DNA of 64,000 nt, from the IMG/VR virus record IMGVR_UViG_3300028886_000036, positions 1 through 64,000 of that record; one strand, written 5' to 3'. The position numbers and the translations under genes were made by a program. The notes beneath the pieces were generated by a model. That model had not been told where the DNA came from. It ran no database searches and saw only the letters and a list, made by a program, of their open reading frames with translations. This DNA comes from a virus. Lineage: Duplodnaviria > Caudoviricetes. The number at the start of each line of letters is the position of its first letter. Position 1 is the stretch's first letter. This document shows positions 29,471 through 38,369 of the stretch, one piece after another.

Positions 29471-29855
29471 AAATCGGGAAGGATTATCTGGAGCATTCGC
29501 TAGTTGTACTGGAATAACGGGTGTTTCATTTCCTAAGTTAACTACTGTAGGTGGTACTGGATTAAGTCGAACATTTTATGGATGTACAGAAATAACTTCA
29601 GCTTCATTTCCAAAATTAGCTACTATTGGAAATACTGGAATGTCGTATATATTTTATGGATGCACTAGCCTTACAAGTATATCGTTTCCTACATTAACCT
29701 CAGTTGGAACTAATTGTTTTAATAATGCGTTTACAAATTGTACTTCACTTACTGAAATCCATTTTAGATTTGATATACAGTCTAGTATTGAAGCATTAGC
29801 TGGATATAGCTCTAATTTTGGTGCTACTAACGCAACTATTTATTTTGACTTATAA
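28980..29855 (+). CDS. BspA/TpLRR-type LRR protein, putative receptor-binding
   Basis: Same repeats; C-terminus GATNATIYFDL. Confidence 0.75.
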   Translation: MLYSSSIIENKKIYRANYQNLEFTEIKTIGTYGLYYAFYNCTGITGSISFPELTSVDSDGLSYAFYNCTGITGSVSFPKLTSIGYYGLNYAFRGCTGITGSISFPELTNVDSDGLSYAFYNCKGITGSVSFPKLTSIGTYGLSYAFYNCTGITGAVSFPELTTINREGLSGAFASCTGITGVSFPKLTTVGGTGLSRTFYGCTEITSASFPKLATIGNTGMSYIFYGCTSLTSISFPTLTSVGTNCFNNAFTNCTSLTEIHFRFDIQSSIEALAGYSSNFGATNATIYFDL

Positions 29856-29877
29856 AAAGAAAGGAGACATGATATAA

Positions 29878-30537
29878 ATGTCTGATGAAAATCTTATTAA
29901 CAATGAAGAAGTAATTGAAGAACAGGGTCCTATTATTGAAGAGGCACCTGTTGAGGAAGAACCTATAGAAGAAACTCCAGTTCAGGAAGAAGATACCGGT
30001 CCTAAATGGTATGAATATGATGATCCTGAAGCAGTAAACTTTATTGGTACAAAGTTTATTAAGCCAGACTACGATCAAAATGCATATGCTGCAGTAGCTG
30101 GCTGGTGTAATGAAACACAGAAAGCCTATATTATTGAATCTGAAGATGGTACTTATTATGAATGTGTAGCTATACCAGAGCCAACTTTTGAAGAACTCAA
30201 GGAAAGAAAAATGAATGAACTTGAGTTTAAATTTGAAGAAGCAGTTACTGGTAGTTTTACTACTACTGAAGGATATAATATGCAGTTTAATGAAACGGAC
30301 TGCAATAAGATGAATGGTAGTATCACTCTTAATAAAGCTACTGGAATTACTTCAGACTATTTAGTACAGGCTGATAACACTGTTATAGAAAACGTTCCAA
30401 TTGAAACAATGGAAAGTGTTCTTTTACAGATGCTTAAACAATATAAGAGTATGCATCTTAAAAAGCAGATCTTTAGAGCACGAATTAATGCATGTACTAC
30501 TAAAGAGGAGCTGGATAATGTAGATCTTACCTTTTAG
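29878..30537 (+). CDS. Tail-fibre assembly-like protein (DUF4376-like C-terminus)
   Basis: Acidic N-terminus; P.PTFEELKERK..ADN..RARINACTTKEELD. Confidence 0.6.
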   Translation: MSDENLINNEEVIEEQGPIIEEAPVEEEPIEETPVQEEDTGPKWYEYDDPEAVNFIGTKFIKPDYDQNAYAAVAGWCNETQKAYIIESEDGTYYECVAIPEPTFEELKERKMNELEFKFEEAVTGSFTTTEGYNMQFNETDCNKMNGSITLNKATGITSDYLVQADNTVIENVPIETMESVLLQMLKQYKSMHLKKQIFRARINACTTKEELDNVDLTF

Positions 30538-30550
30538 GAGGTAATGTTAT

Positions 30551-31417
30551 ATGGCAGATTTAGTAGGAAGTATACATCAGTTTCTTAATAACTGTAAAGA
30601 TACTATAGTTAGCTGGTGTAAAGATGCAGCTAAAACTGTTTGCTTGCCATTAACTGGTGGGACTGTTAATGGTAATGTAAGCACTAAAAAATTAACAGCG
30701 ACAAGCGTTAATTCATCTGGAGATGTATATAGTAAACATATATCTATTGATAACCCATCAACAACTGGAGCTATAGTGATAATTAACACGACGACATCAT
30801 ATAATGATATATATGCAACTAGTGAAAATAATGATGACGAAGATAAAAGGATTGGATTTATTAGATTCAACCCAAATCGTGATGGTTATAAGGAAATTGA
30901 AATGGTTGTTCCGCAAATGATTAATAATTCTTTAAAATACTCTACTATAAGAACTGGTATGAATTCTTCTGGAGAATTTTATACTAAAGCTATGACTCCT
31001 ACATCGGTTACAGATAATACTAACAATATCGCTACTACATATTGGGTTAATCAAGCTTTAGCTAATATGACTAAAGGATATAATACATCTAACGGAACTA
31101 GATATATTAAATTTCCAAATGGGCTTATGATATGTGCTGGATATGCTGCTAATGTAACTGCAGGATCAGTTGTAAATTTCCCTGCAGCATTTAAGAACAT
31201 GCCCGATGTAGTTATTGTTAGACATTGGGGAGGTACTGGTGATTCTACTGTGGGAGCAAGTTCTACAGTAGGGTCTGCTCCAGTTCAAGTATATAACACT
31301 ACAGTTTCTTCTTTTAGAGTTGGAGTACATACCGCTACTGCCGCAGATTCGTCTGCATATATAAATGGATCTTACACTATATATGCTATGTGGATCGCTG
31401 TTGGCGAATGGAAATAA
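30551..31417 (+). CDS. Short tail-fibre-like protein
   Basis: LPLTGGTVNG, DNTNNIATTYWV, YIKFPNGLMIC.G..FPAAF..WIAVG. Confidence 0.7.
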   Translation: MADLVGSIHQFLNNCKDTIVSWCKDAAKTVCLPLTGGTVNGNVSTKKLTATSVNSSGDVYSKHISIDNPSTTGAIVIINTTTSYNDIYATSENNDDEDKRIGFIRFNPNRDGYKEIEMVVPQMINNSLKYSTIRTGMNSSGEFYTKAMTPTSVTDNTNNIATTYWVNQALANMTKGYNTSNGTRYIKFPNGLMICAGYAANVTAGSVVNFPAAFKNMPDVVIVRHWGGTGDSTVGASSTVGSAPVQVYNTTVSSFRVGVHTATAADSSAYINGSYTIYAMWIAVGEWK

Positions 31418-31420
31418 AAT

Positions 31421-31456
31421 AAAAAGACTAGATGAGTTATCATCTAGTCTTTTTTA
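31421..31456. terminator. Bidirectional terminator
   Basis: AAAAAGACTAGATGA..TCATCTAGTCTTTTTT. Confidence 0.85.
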
Positions 31457-31458
31457 GT

Positions 31459-31740
31459 TTAACCATGTTTAAGTTTGTTAAGGATTTTAGTGTGATTATA
31501 CACACATGCAGAGTTCGTATCGTGTTTGCCAGTAATATTGCATTCTCTACAGTCTATTTTAGCATGTTCTTTACTGTATACCAATAACAGTTCGTAAGCA
31601 TCTGAAAAAATTGCGTGTGCATTTGAATATTTACAGGTATGATATTCAATATTATAAGCACTACACTTACTACAATCAGAAAAGCTAAAACACCTGTTTA
31701 AACACGCTGCAAATACAGCTAAGGGGGTTGATTTTTTCAT
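31459..31740 (-). CDS. Cys-rich small protein (paralogue family)
   Basis: Two Cys clusters. Confidence 0.65.
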   Translation of the reverse strand: MKKSTPLAVFAACLNRCFSFSDCSKCSAYNIEYHTCKYSNAHAIFSDAYELLLVYSKEHAKIDCRECNITGKHDTNSACVYNHTKILNKLKHG

Positions 31741-31745
31741 AGTTG

Positions 31746-32090
31746 TTATTCCCTTCTCTTGTTTAATAGATTATAATGATTAGCTATATCTATCAGCATG
31801 TAATCACAACATGTTCCATTAATAGCATATGGATATTCAGCGAGGTATCCACATCTTTTATCATTCCCATGGCAATATACATTTTTAAGCATTATTATAA
31901 ATTTATTCTTTTTATAAGCTTTTAATAAAGTACCAAAAGCTGCTGTACATGATTTGAAGTATGGAAAAACTGGAGAATCTTTATTAGACTTAAAGAACAT
32001 ACAATCTGAATTACATGCTGGTTTAGCAAGACACTGATTTGTAAGTGTAACTACCATTGCTACAAATATTGATCTATGTGTAGCTACCAT
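31746..32090 (-). CDS. Cys-rich small protein (paralogue family)
   Basis: Two Cys clusters. Confidence 0.65.
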   Translation of the reverse strand: MVATHRSIFVAMVVTLTNQCLAKPACNSDCMFFKSNKDSPVFPYFKSCTAAFGTLLKAYKKNKFIIMLKNVYCHGNDKRCGYLAEYPYAINGTCCDYMLIDIANHYNLLNKRRE

Positions 32091-32386
32091 TTAGATATAA
32101 CCCCGATCTTATCAAGAAATATGTTAAAATCACATCTTAGTTCTGGATTGAAGTTTTTCAGTATAAATGGGCATTTGCTACAAGAGCCCATATCACAATA
32201 TTTTTTTGCTTCTAAAACTGAACGAACATGACTGGATTTATCCATAGAATGTAGCTCACATAATTTATACTCTGTATTGTATAAAAAGCATGTGCTACAT
32301 TTATCGTTTTGCAGGCAAATTGATAATAACTGCAAATATGCAAATGGTAGGACGCGTTTACTATACATTCTTAACACACTTCCCAA
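32084..32386 (-). CDS. Cys-rich small protein (paralogue family)
   Basis: CLQNDKCSTC..C and C..CSKCP..C; start may be MYSK. Confidence 0.65.
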   Translation of the reverse strand: MGSVLRMYSKRVLPFAYLQLLSICLQNDKCSTCFLYNTEYKLCELHSMDKSSHVRSVLEAKKYCDMGSCSKCPFILKNFNPELRCDFNIFLDKIGVISKW

Positions 32387-32678
32387 TCCGGTTGGTTATA
32401 TCTGTGAAATAGCATTCATCCATATATCTATTTTTATGCCTAAAGACGCAGTGCTTATCACACCCCATTTCACCAAACATTGCGTGATAGGATTCAGCTA
32501 TTTGAGCACTTAACAAACTATCATAATCTAGAAAAGCAAATCTACCATTAAACAAAGAGCAATTTAGATATACTTCATCTATCTCATTATAAAATTTACA
32601 GTTATAACAATTATCTTGACCTAAACAAAACGTTAAACTTTGAATATATAGTAGTTCTGTTAATCCTTTTAAGATCAT
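32361..32678 (-). CDS. Cys-rich small protein (paralogue family)
   Basis: CLGQDNCYNC..C and GCDKHC..C. Confidence 0.65.
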   Translation of the reverse strand: MILKGLTELLYIQSLTFCLGQDNCYNCKFYNEIDEVYLNCSLFNGRFAFLDYDSLLSAQIAESYHAMFGEMGCDKHCVFRHKNRYMDECYFTDITNRIGKCVKNV

Positions 32679-33145
32679 TTTTTATCGGCGTTAAACAGCT
32701 TGAGTCCATCAATAGCAAATTCATTGATATTCTCAAAGTCTTTAGTGCAATCAGCTCCTAAACAAGTATCTTTACAGCTAAAGCTATAATCAGCAATTTC
32801 TGCAAGAATAGAAACTACTTCTTTAAATTTATCCGTAATTTCAATAACTATATCAATATCTTCAACTCTTACTCTAAACTTATCTTTAGGAACAATCAAA
32901 TATGCTCTAACACTAGTAAACCTATCAATACTTTCTTTATATTCAAAATAATCTTTTTCAATATTGTTCATATCAGTATCGATAACACCTTCAAATGTAG
33001 TTAAGGCATTGAAGATACCCAGGTAATAATTATGAAGTTTTTCTAGTATGCTATTACCATTAGGATAATCCTTAATTGCATTAATAACATAAACATCACT
33101 ATCAACTTTAGGTATACTTATTTTAAGAAAGTCTACAAGTTTCAT
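32675..33145 (-). CDS. Hypothetical protein
   Basis: 156 aa, AAGGAG SD. Confidence 0.7.
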   Translation of the reverse strand: MKLVDFLKISIPKVDSDVYVINAIKDYPNGNSILEKLHNYYLGIFNALTTFEGVIDTDMNNIEKDYFEYKESIDRFTSVRAYLIVPKDKFRVRVEDIDIVIEITDKFKEVVSILAEIADYSFSCKDTCLGADCTKDFENINEFAIDGLKLFNADKK

Positions 33146-33429
33146 TCTGTACCATCTCCTTTAATAAGAATTGCTGCAACAACCATAGCCCAGTATTTCT
33201 TTTTCATAAAGCTACTTTTCTTAATAAGTTTTGCAGTGTGCTTATCATACTTACCAGGATGTTTCATAATATCATTAGCTAGCGCAACACATCTATTGAT
33301 AAAGTTCATATCAAATACTTTTTTATAATCTTCATAGCTAATACCACAGTCATCAGTGCAAGTTTCCATATATTGATTGTAAAATACTTTCATTACAGCA
33401 TTAACATAGCTGTCATTAATGTGCTTCAT
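33142..33429 (-). CDS. Hypothetical protein
   Basis: Start MKHIND after AAAGGA. Confidence 0.6.
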   Translation of the reverse strand: MKHINDSYVNAVMKVFYNQYMETCTDDCGISYEDYKKVFDMNFINRCVALANDIMKHPGKYDKHTAKLIKKSSFMKKKYWAMVVAAILIKGDGTE

Positions 33430-34030
33430 TGTATTGAGTCCTTTCTTTCCAAGTTTCAAATTCATCCCAGAAGCATACTGGCATGTGTGTCATTACATTG
33501 CAATCTTTTGGGATAGCGTCTTTCTCAATAAGGCTATATGTAAAATCCAGAGGTCTTTCTTCAGGATACATATTAAGTAGATCTTCAATTAACCCGACTT
33601 CAAGATAATATATATCACCATCAAAACATTCAACCTCATAGCAAAACCGTTTGTCCTCATATAGCATGATTTCATAAGCTTTATTCATTAGTTCTTGAAA
33701 GTTTAACTCACAAGTACAATTGTATCTATCTACTTTGATTTCTTCAAATGGATAGTTCCAATATGCGACTAGAGTATTAATAGCGTCAGCTAGCCAATAT
33801 TCTGTTACTAACCACTCAGTGTGTTTAAATGGATCATAATTATCTTTACAAAAGTATAATTGGTTATTTATAACCGACTCATAGAACTCTTTAAATGAAC
33901 TAAACTCCCCAAGTTCTGTATCACTATCCCCGCATTCTTCACAATAAAGTTCTTCCCAATTAAGAGGTTCACTAGAGGTGAACAAACCACCACCAAGATG
34001 ACTTTGATACACGTATACCTTTTCTGGCAT
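33416..34030 (-). CDS. Hypothetical protein with CxxC motif
   Basis: YQSHLGGGL..LYCEECGDSD; ATG 34030 after AAAGGTG. Confidence 0.7.
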   Translation of the reverse strand: MPEKVYVYQSHLGGGLFTSSEPLNWEELYCEECGDSDTELGEFSSFKEFYESVINNQLYFCKDNYDPFKHTEWLVTEYWLADAINTLVAYWNYPFEEIKVDRYNCTCELNFQELMNKAYEIMLYEDKRFCYEVECFDGDIYYLEVGLIEDLLNMYPEERPLDFTYSLIEKDAIPKDCNVMTHMPVCFWDEFETWKERTQYNEAH

Positions 34031-34060
34031 TTTATACACACCTTTCTTTGCAGTTTACAT

Positions 34061-34101
34061 AAAAAACTTAAGTAGCCGAGTACATCCCGACTACTTAAGT
34101 T
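34061..34101 (-). terminator. Intrinsic terminator
   Basis: AACTTAAGTAG..CTACTTAAGTT hairpin with minus-strand T-run. Confidence 0.7.
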
Positions 34102-34107
34102 GTATTA

Positions 34108-34503
34108 TTATTCAGTAATTTTAGCGTAAACTGATGCTACATATTTTGGCTTTCCGCCAAATTGAGGAACAATGTTTCCAGCTTCATCAAACCCAAGTTT
34201 GACTAAAGTGGTATGATTATTAGCTACAGCCTTAAGACCTTTTTCAAAGTATTCCTTAATACTATCCTGATCAAGATTGTTATCTGCGGTGGTTTCTTCA
34301 GTTACAGATAATCCATCTCCATCAAAGCTAATGTCTTTTTTAACAGTAATTTCGCTGAAGTAGTCAATGATATTACTTAAGATATCTGTAACACCACTAA
34401 CATTCTTATATACTTTAATTTCATTCTTATAAACTTGGTCTTTAGTAGATGGTAGACCATCATCCAAATATTTTAAAATTTTAAGATCTAATGTGATAGT
34501 CAT
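34108..34503 (-). CDS. Hypothetical protein
   Basis: 131 aa, AAGGAG SD, followed by a terminator. Confidence 0.75.
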   Translation of the reverse strand: MTITLDLKILKYLDDGLPSTKDQVYKNEIKVYKNVSGVTDILSNIIDYFSEITVKKDISFDGDGLSVTEETTADNNLDQDSIKEYFEKGLKAVANNHTTLVKLGFDEAGNIVPQFGGKPKYVASVYAKITE

Positions 34504-34520
34504 TATGTATCGTCTCCTTA

Positions 34521-34829
34521 TTAATCAATTTTAGCCTTGGTATGTTGTAGTATAGCATTAACAAGGCATATATCGTCTATATTAGATTTAAATAAATTAG
34601 CTCGAAGTAAGCAATTTTCACATTTTATACATTCTCCGTCTTTACTACATTTAGAACAAGTAAGATTAAGAATATACGGGTCGGAATAACTGGTTTTATC
34701 AAATAGTTCTTCTAGATTACACGCTACGTGAATAGACCCTAAAAACTTACTGTAATCACCAAATGTAATAGCTTTATTAGTAATTCCAACATATAGGAAT
34801 GCGTATATTGCTTTATATGGTTTTAACAT
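34521..34829 (-). CDS. Cys-rich protein, tandem paralogue of 34823-35122
   Basis: Shared YVG..NK, ANL and C.VNAIL.HT. Confidence 0.7.
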   Translation of the reverse strand: MLKPYKAIYAFLYVGITNKAITFGDYSKFLGSIHVACNLEELFDKTSYSDPYILNLTCSKCSKDGECIKCENCLLRANLFKSNIDDICLVNAILQHTKAKID

Positions 34830-35122
34830 TTTTTCTTTTTCCCGGTATGGAACAATATTGCATTAACTATACAACAATTTTTAAGACATTCTACTTTGTA
34901 TAAGTTTGCTTGCATGATGCACTTATGGCATCCTCCATATTTAAGACATGCTTTAGATAATAGTTTTAAGTAGCGATTACTATAATCAACAAAAGTCCAC
35001 CACAGATTAACTTTTGTACTGTTAGTTAAAGCATCCATAGATCTTTTATCGATTAGTATTTTGTTGTGCATCCCAACATATATCATTAGAAAGATTGGTT
35101 TTGGTTTCACAACAACCACCAC
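34823..35122 (-). CDS. Cys-rich protein, tandem paralogue of 34521-34829
   Basis: Same shared motifs; start uncertain. Confidence 0.65.
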   Translation of the reverse strand: MVVVVKPKPIFLMIYVGMHNKILIDKRSMDALTNSTKVNLWWTFVDYSNRYLKLLSKACLKYGGCHKCIMQANLYKVECLKNCCIVNAILFHTGKKKKC

Positions 35123-35229
35123 AGATTAAACATTAATATAGCTAGCGATATCCACTTACTTATTGCCATAAATACTATGCATCCTACTATACAAAGAAAG
35201 CATATTAAATCATCCTCCCATTGAGGCAT
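35107..35229 (-). CDS. Small hydrophobic membrane peptide (40 aa, MPQWEDDLICFLC...)
   Basis: Not in the ORF track; fills the 35123-35209 gap; GGAG upstream. Confidence 0.5.
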   Translation of the reverse strand: MPQWEDDLICFLCIVGCIVFMAISKWISLAILMFNLWWLL

Positions 35230-35581
35230 CCTTTGGCAACTCCAATTCAAAGCAACAGGTATCTCTATTCCATCTGGCTATGTAACCAGTATTAAGTATT
35301 TCAATAAGATACTCTAATATTACTACATCGCCATAACCATCTCCATTGACAGTTCTAATGGTTATCGGCCATAGATCAGAATCTTTAAACACAAATTTAG
35401 TTGTATCATATAATCCTTTTGGTACATAAATTTTATCTTTAGGTCCTTTAAATATACCTAGTCGATCAATCAATCTATAGTACCACAAAATGTGCCCAGA
35501 CATTATACTATATAACAAAGCTATAAATGCTAGAGCAAATGATCCAACTATTAAACTAATTATAATAACTATTGTCGTCAT
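35210..35581 (-). CDS. Membrane-anchored hypothetical protein
   Basis: N-terminal TM helix. Confidence 0.65.
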   Translation of the reverse strand: MTTIVIIISLIVGSFALAFIALLYSIMSGHILWYYRLIDRLGIFKGPKDKIYVPKGLYDTTKFVFKDSDLWPITIRTVNGDGYGDVVILEYLIEILNTGYIARWNRDTCCFELELPKDASMGG

Positions 35582-35583
35582 AT

Positions 35584-36459
35584 TTACCACCACATACTCC
35601 TAATGATGATGCCATAGATTTGGAATGCATAAGACAGACAAGCCCAGCTCCAAGCATCTTCAAGTTGACTCCAGAACATATGGTTAGGATATTCTTTATC
35701 TGCCTTTTCAAACATTGCAGTAAAACCACAATCTGGTTTGCTGTAGTCTTCAAGACTATTATCATATACATCAATATAATTATCCTTAAAGAGATAATTA
35801 CCATTTTCACTCTTTAGGAATCTAGCAAGATATTGAAGAATTAGATCAATGCAATCTTCTAAATACATATCCTTATATTCAACTTCATAGCACCAATCTT
35901 TATTGTAGAGTTGTGAATTTTTCCAGTGCTCATCAAAAGCCTTTTTACAATCATCAATAAGTTTAAGTTTTAAAACTGGAATAGTATACTGATGAGGATG
36001 TTCTCCTTTAGCAATTTCTTCTTCAGTATAGTCATCAATTCCAATCTTAACATACCCTTTAGCCAACTGTTTATATCTTTTTACTCTTTCATAAAGATAT
36101 ACTGCACTTGTATAATCTAGAGAAAAGGTCTCTCCATCATAAAAACCATTTCTCCATCTATTTCTATAAACATTATACCAACCTACAATCCAATCTCTAA
36201 ATTTGTTCAGAAGATATTTAGGAATAGTAATAAAGTTAAATTTCTGTTGTTCGTTGATTACATTCTCTTTAAATTCTTCTAAACTAACTTTAAAGAACAG
36301 ATCCAATACATCTTCACACTGTTTTATTCTATTCACGCTAAAGTACCATGTAAAAACATGCCACACAGCTTTCCAATCTTTTTGAGATTGAGGTATACAA
36401 GGACCATATACTTTACCAATTTTAAGATCGTCTAGCAAATGGTGATGATTAAGCCACAT
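35584..36459 (-). CDS. Hypothetical protein (aromatic-rich)
   Basis: 291 aa. Confidence 0.7.
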   Translation of the reverse strand: MWLNHHHLLDDLKIGKVYGPCIPQSQKDWKAVWHVFTWYFSVNRIKQCEDVLDLFFKVSLEEFKENVINEQQKFNFITIPKYLLNKFRDWIVGWYNVYRNRWRNGFYDGETFSLDYTSAVYLYERVKRYKQLAKGYVKIGIDDYTEEEIAKGEHPHQYTIPVLKLKLIDDCKKAFDEHWKNSQLYNKDWCYEVEYKDMYLEDCIDLILQYLARFLKSENGNYLFKDNYIDVYDNSLEDYSKPDCGFTAMFEKADKEYPNHMFWSQLEDAWSWACLSYAFQIYGIIIRSMWW

Positions 36460-36461
36460 AG

Positions 36462-36650
36462 CTATTCACTCTCCTTTTTCAAATATGTTACATAGATATC
36501 GTCACTAGATACAACGATATATTCGTTATCACTATCCTGAAGTTTAAACTGTAGCTCTCTATTATTATTCTTATAGCAAATATCGAGCATTTCCTTAATG
36601 CTTTTAACTTCATCCCAATGTTCCTCATCATAACTAATCCACATTCTCAT
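36462..36650 (-). CDS. Hypothetical protein
   Basis: 62 aa, GGAGG SD. Confidence 0.65.
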   Translation of the reverse strand: MRMWISYDEEHWDEVKSIKEMLDICYKNNNRELQFKLQDSDNEYIVVSSDDIYVTYLKKESE

Positions 36651-36845
36651 TTAGTATTCCTCCACTCTTTTTCCAAACTCGTTTTCAATATATTTGGGGT
36701 TGAAATCTTCAATTTCATCCAAATCATTGAAATCCCTTTCAAGCATTTTACTATCAGCTTTTCTTACAGCTTCAATGGTATCTGAAGCATCTACTTCAAT
36801 GTTGCATTCTCCAATTACTCGATAAGTTACCACATATTTACACAC
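36651..36845 (-). CDS. Hypothetical protein
   Basis: 64 aa, AGGAGG SD. Confidence 0.65.
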   Translation of the reverse strand: MCKYVVTYRVIGECNIEVDASDTIEAVRKADSKMLERDFNDLDEIEDFNPKYIENEFGKRVEEY

Positions 36846-37204
36846 TTTAACTCCTCCTTGGTGTATACCTCTTCAAGATATTCATTAGCAACCCTATCCC
36901 AATATTCATCATCAGTTTCAATAGCTAGCTTAAGGCTTTCACTACTGAATTTGATTGGAATATAGTTTGTGTTACTATCCTGTAATACAACTACATATTC
37001 AGCATTATCCCCAAACTCTTTTTGAATATCTTTAATAGCTTTATCTAATTCATTAAGATTATTTACTAAGATGTGCTTCATTGGAATTCTAGTTTCAGGT
37101 TCAATATACCAAACATACACTACCCAACTTTTATACTGATCTAGATTACCATGAATACCACTACAACTAACTCCATTGAAAATATGATTACTCATAAGCC
37201 ACAC
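36827..37204 (-). CDS. Hypothetical protein
   Basis: 125 aa; start may be MSNH. Confidence 0.65.
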   Translation of the reverse strand: MWLMSNHIFNGVSCSGIHGNLDQYKSWVVYVWYIEPETRIPMKHILVNNLNELDKAIKDIQKEFGDNAEYVVVLQDSNTNYIPIKFSSESLKLAIETDDEYWDRVANEYLEEVYTKEELKCVNMW

Positions 37205-37524
37205 CTCTCCATTATTCTTTTGAAATCTGTATATCTAAATTCATAATCGCCTACAAATATATCATCTAAAATAGATCTCATATTATACAACCTACTAATA
37301 CAATAAACACATAAATACTGATATACATTGATAGACCCAAAAGGTATTTCAACCTTAAGACTGTATTTACAATCTTTACAAAATGAAGATCCTCCCTTAT
37401 GTAAATAACATTCACCACTAAATAGAAATCCCATAATACCTTTGTGTTTACTAAATGCTAGATTGTTAAATGCATTATACATTGATAAATAACTTAATCG
37501 TTTATACTTGCTTAATTTATACAT
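37192..37524 (-). CDS. Zn-finger-like protein, tandem duplicate of 37517-37849
   Basis: CKDCK..CVYC; leader GGTGTTTATATGTAT shared with the neighbour. Confidence 0.7.
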   Translation of the reverse strand: MYKLSKYKRLSYLSMYNAFNNLAFSKHKGIMGFLFSGECYLHKGGSSFCKDCKYSLKVEIPFGSINVYQYLCVYCISRLYNMRSILDDIFVGDYEFRYTDFKRIMERCGL

Positions 37525-37849
37525 ATAAACACCTCTCAACTATTCTCCTAAATGAATCAGATCTAGATACTGTGCTGTTTAAGAACACGTCGTCTATAAT
37601 AGATCTTACACTAAAAAGTCTATTAATACAATAGATACATAATGGCTTATATGCGAAACAAGATCCTATTGGTATTTTAACTTTGATACTATGTTTACAA
37701 TCTTTACAGACAGATGTTCCTTCATCACCAGCTCTACAATAGTTGTACATATAGTTAAGTATACCACTATTCCTACTTAATGCCATATTGTTAAATGAGC
37801 TATACATTACTATATAACTTAACTTTTTATATTTGCCTAAATCATACAT
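37517..37849 (-). CDS. Zn-finger-like protein, tandem duplicate
   Basis: CKDCK..CIYC. Confidence 0.7.
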   Translation of the reverse strand: MYDLGKYKKLSYIVMYSSFNNMALSRNSGILNYMYNYCRAGDEGTSVCKDCKHSIKVKIPIGSCFAYKPLCIYCINRLFSVRSIIDDVFLNSTVSRSDSFRRIVERCLYV

Positions 37850-37887
37850 ATAAACACCCCTTTAACTAATATAAAGATCTGGAACAC

Positions 37888-37947
37888 TAATAGTATATAT
37901 TTATAAAATATCACTTGACATTTTCTATAAAGTAGTATATACTATTA
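37888..37947. promoter_or_regulatory. Symmetric bidirectional promoter; near-consensus sigma70/sigmaA promoter on the plus strand
   Basis: TTGACA (37915-37920), 17 nt, TATACT (37938-37943); inverted 12-bp arms; phage-type motif on the minus strand. Confidence 0.75.
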
Positions 37948-37997
37948 ATAGTCAGAAGTCAAGTAGACTAATAAAAAAAGAAAGGAAGTTTTATTAT

Positions 37998-38171
37998 ATG
38001 GATCAGAAATGTGAAAGTTGTAAGTTCTATGATGGAAAGAGTTGTAGGAGATATCCACCTAGATATAGGATTGCTGGTCAGTTTGGTGACTATGAGAATC
38101 CTATTGTAGAAGCTACTAGTTGGTGTGGAGAGTATCAAAAGAAAGATGGTACTACTTTGTTAAGTGAATAA
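37998..38171 (+). CDS. Small 4-Cys protein (57 aa), HiPIP-like cysteine spacing
   Basis: Not in the ORF track; MDQKCESCKFY..CRRYPP..WCGEY; AAGGA SD, promoter upstream, terminator downstream. Confidence 0.75.
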   Translation: MDQKCESCKFYDGKSCRRYPPRYRIAGQFGDYENPIVEATSWCGEYQKKDGTTLLSE

Positions 38172-38179
38172 GATTAAAC

Positions 38180-38218
38180 AAAAAGAAGAGATCATAACTA
38201 CTGGTCTCTTCTTTTTTA
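38180..38218. terminator. Bidirectional terminator
   Basis: AAAAAGAAGAGATCA..TGGTCTCTTCTTTTTT. Confidence 0.8.
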
Positions 38219-38221
38219 TTA

Positions 38222-38369
38222 CCTGCTTTTTAAATGTCTGCTAGAGAAGCATAACTCTAGGAGGCCTGCATTTCAGCAAGTCTCATAATAACCCCTGCTG
38301 CATTGGCCAATGCTAGCGGGAGGTTTCAAGGTATTGCTTCTTTACCAGGGAAGCATAGACCTGGAGGCC
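38222..38369 (-). ncRNA. Candidate structured RNA with two related pseudoknot-like units (3' UTR of the DHH-like gene)
   Basis: Two hairpins with different stems but a shared TATGCTT loop, GGCCTC flank and downstream AAGCA. Confidence 0.4.

Noticed and set aside
38222-38369. Hammerhead ribozyme or preQ1 riboswitch
   Set aside because: CUGANGA core and preQ1 loop consensus are not present.
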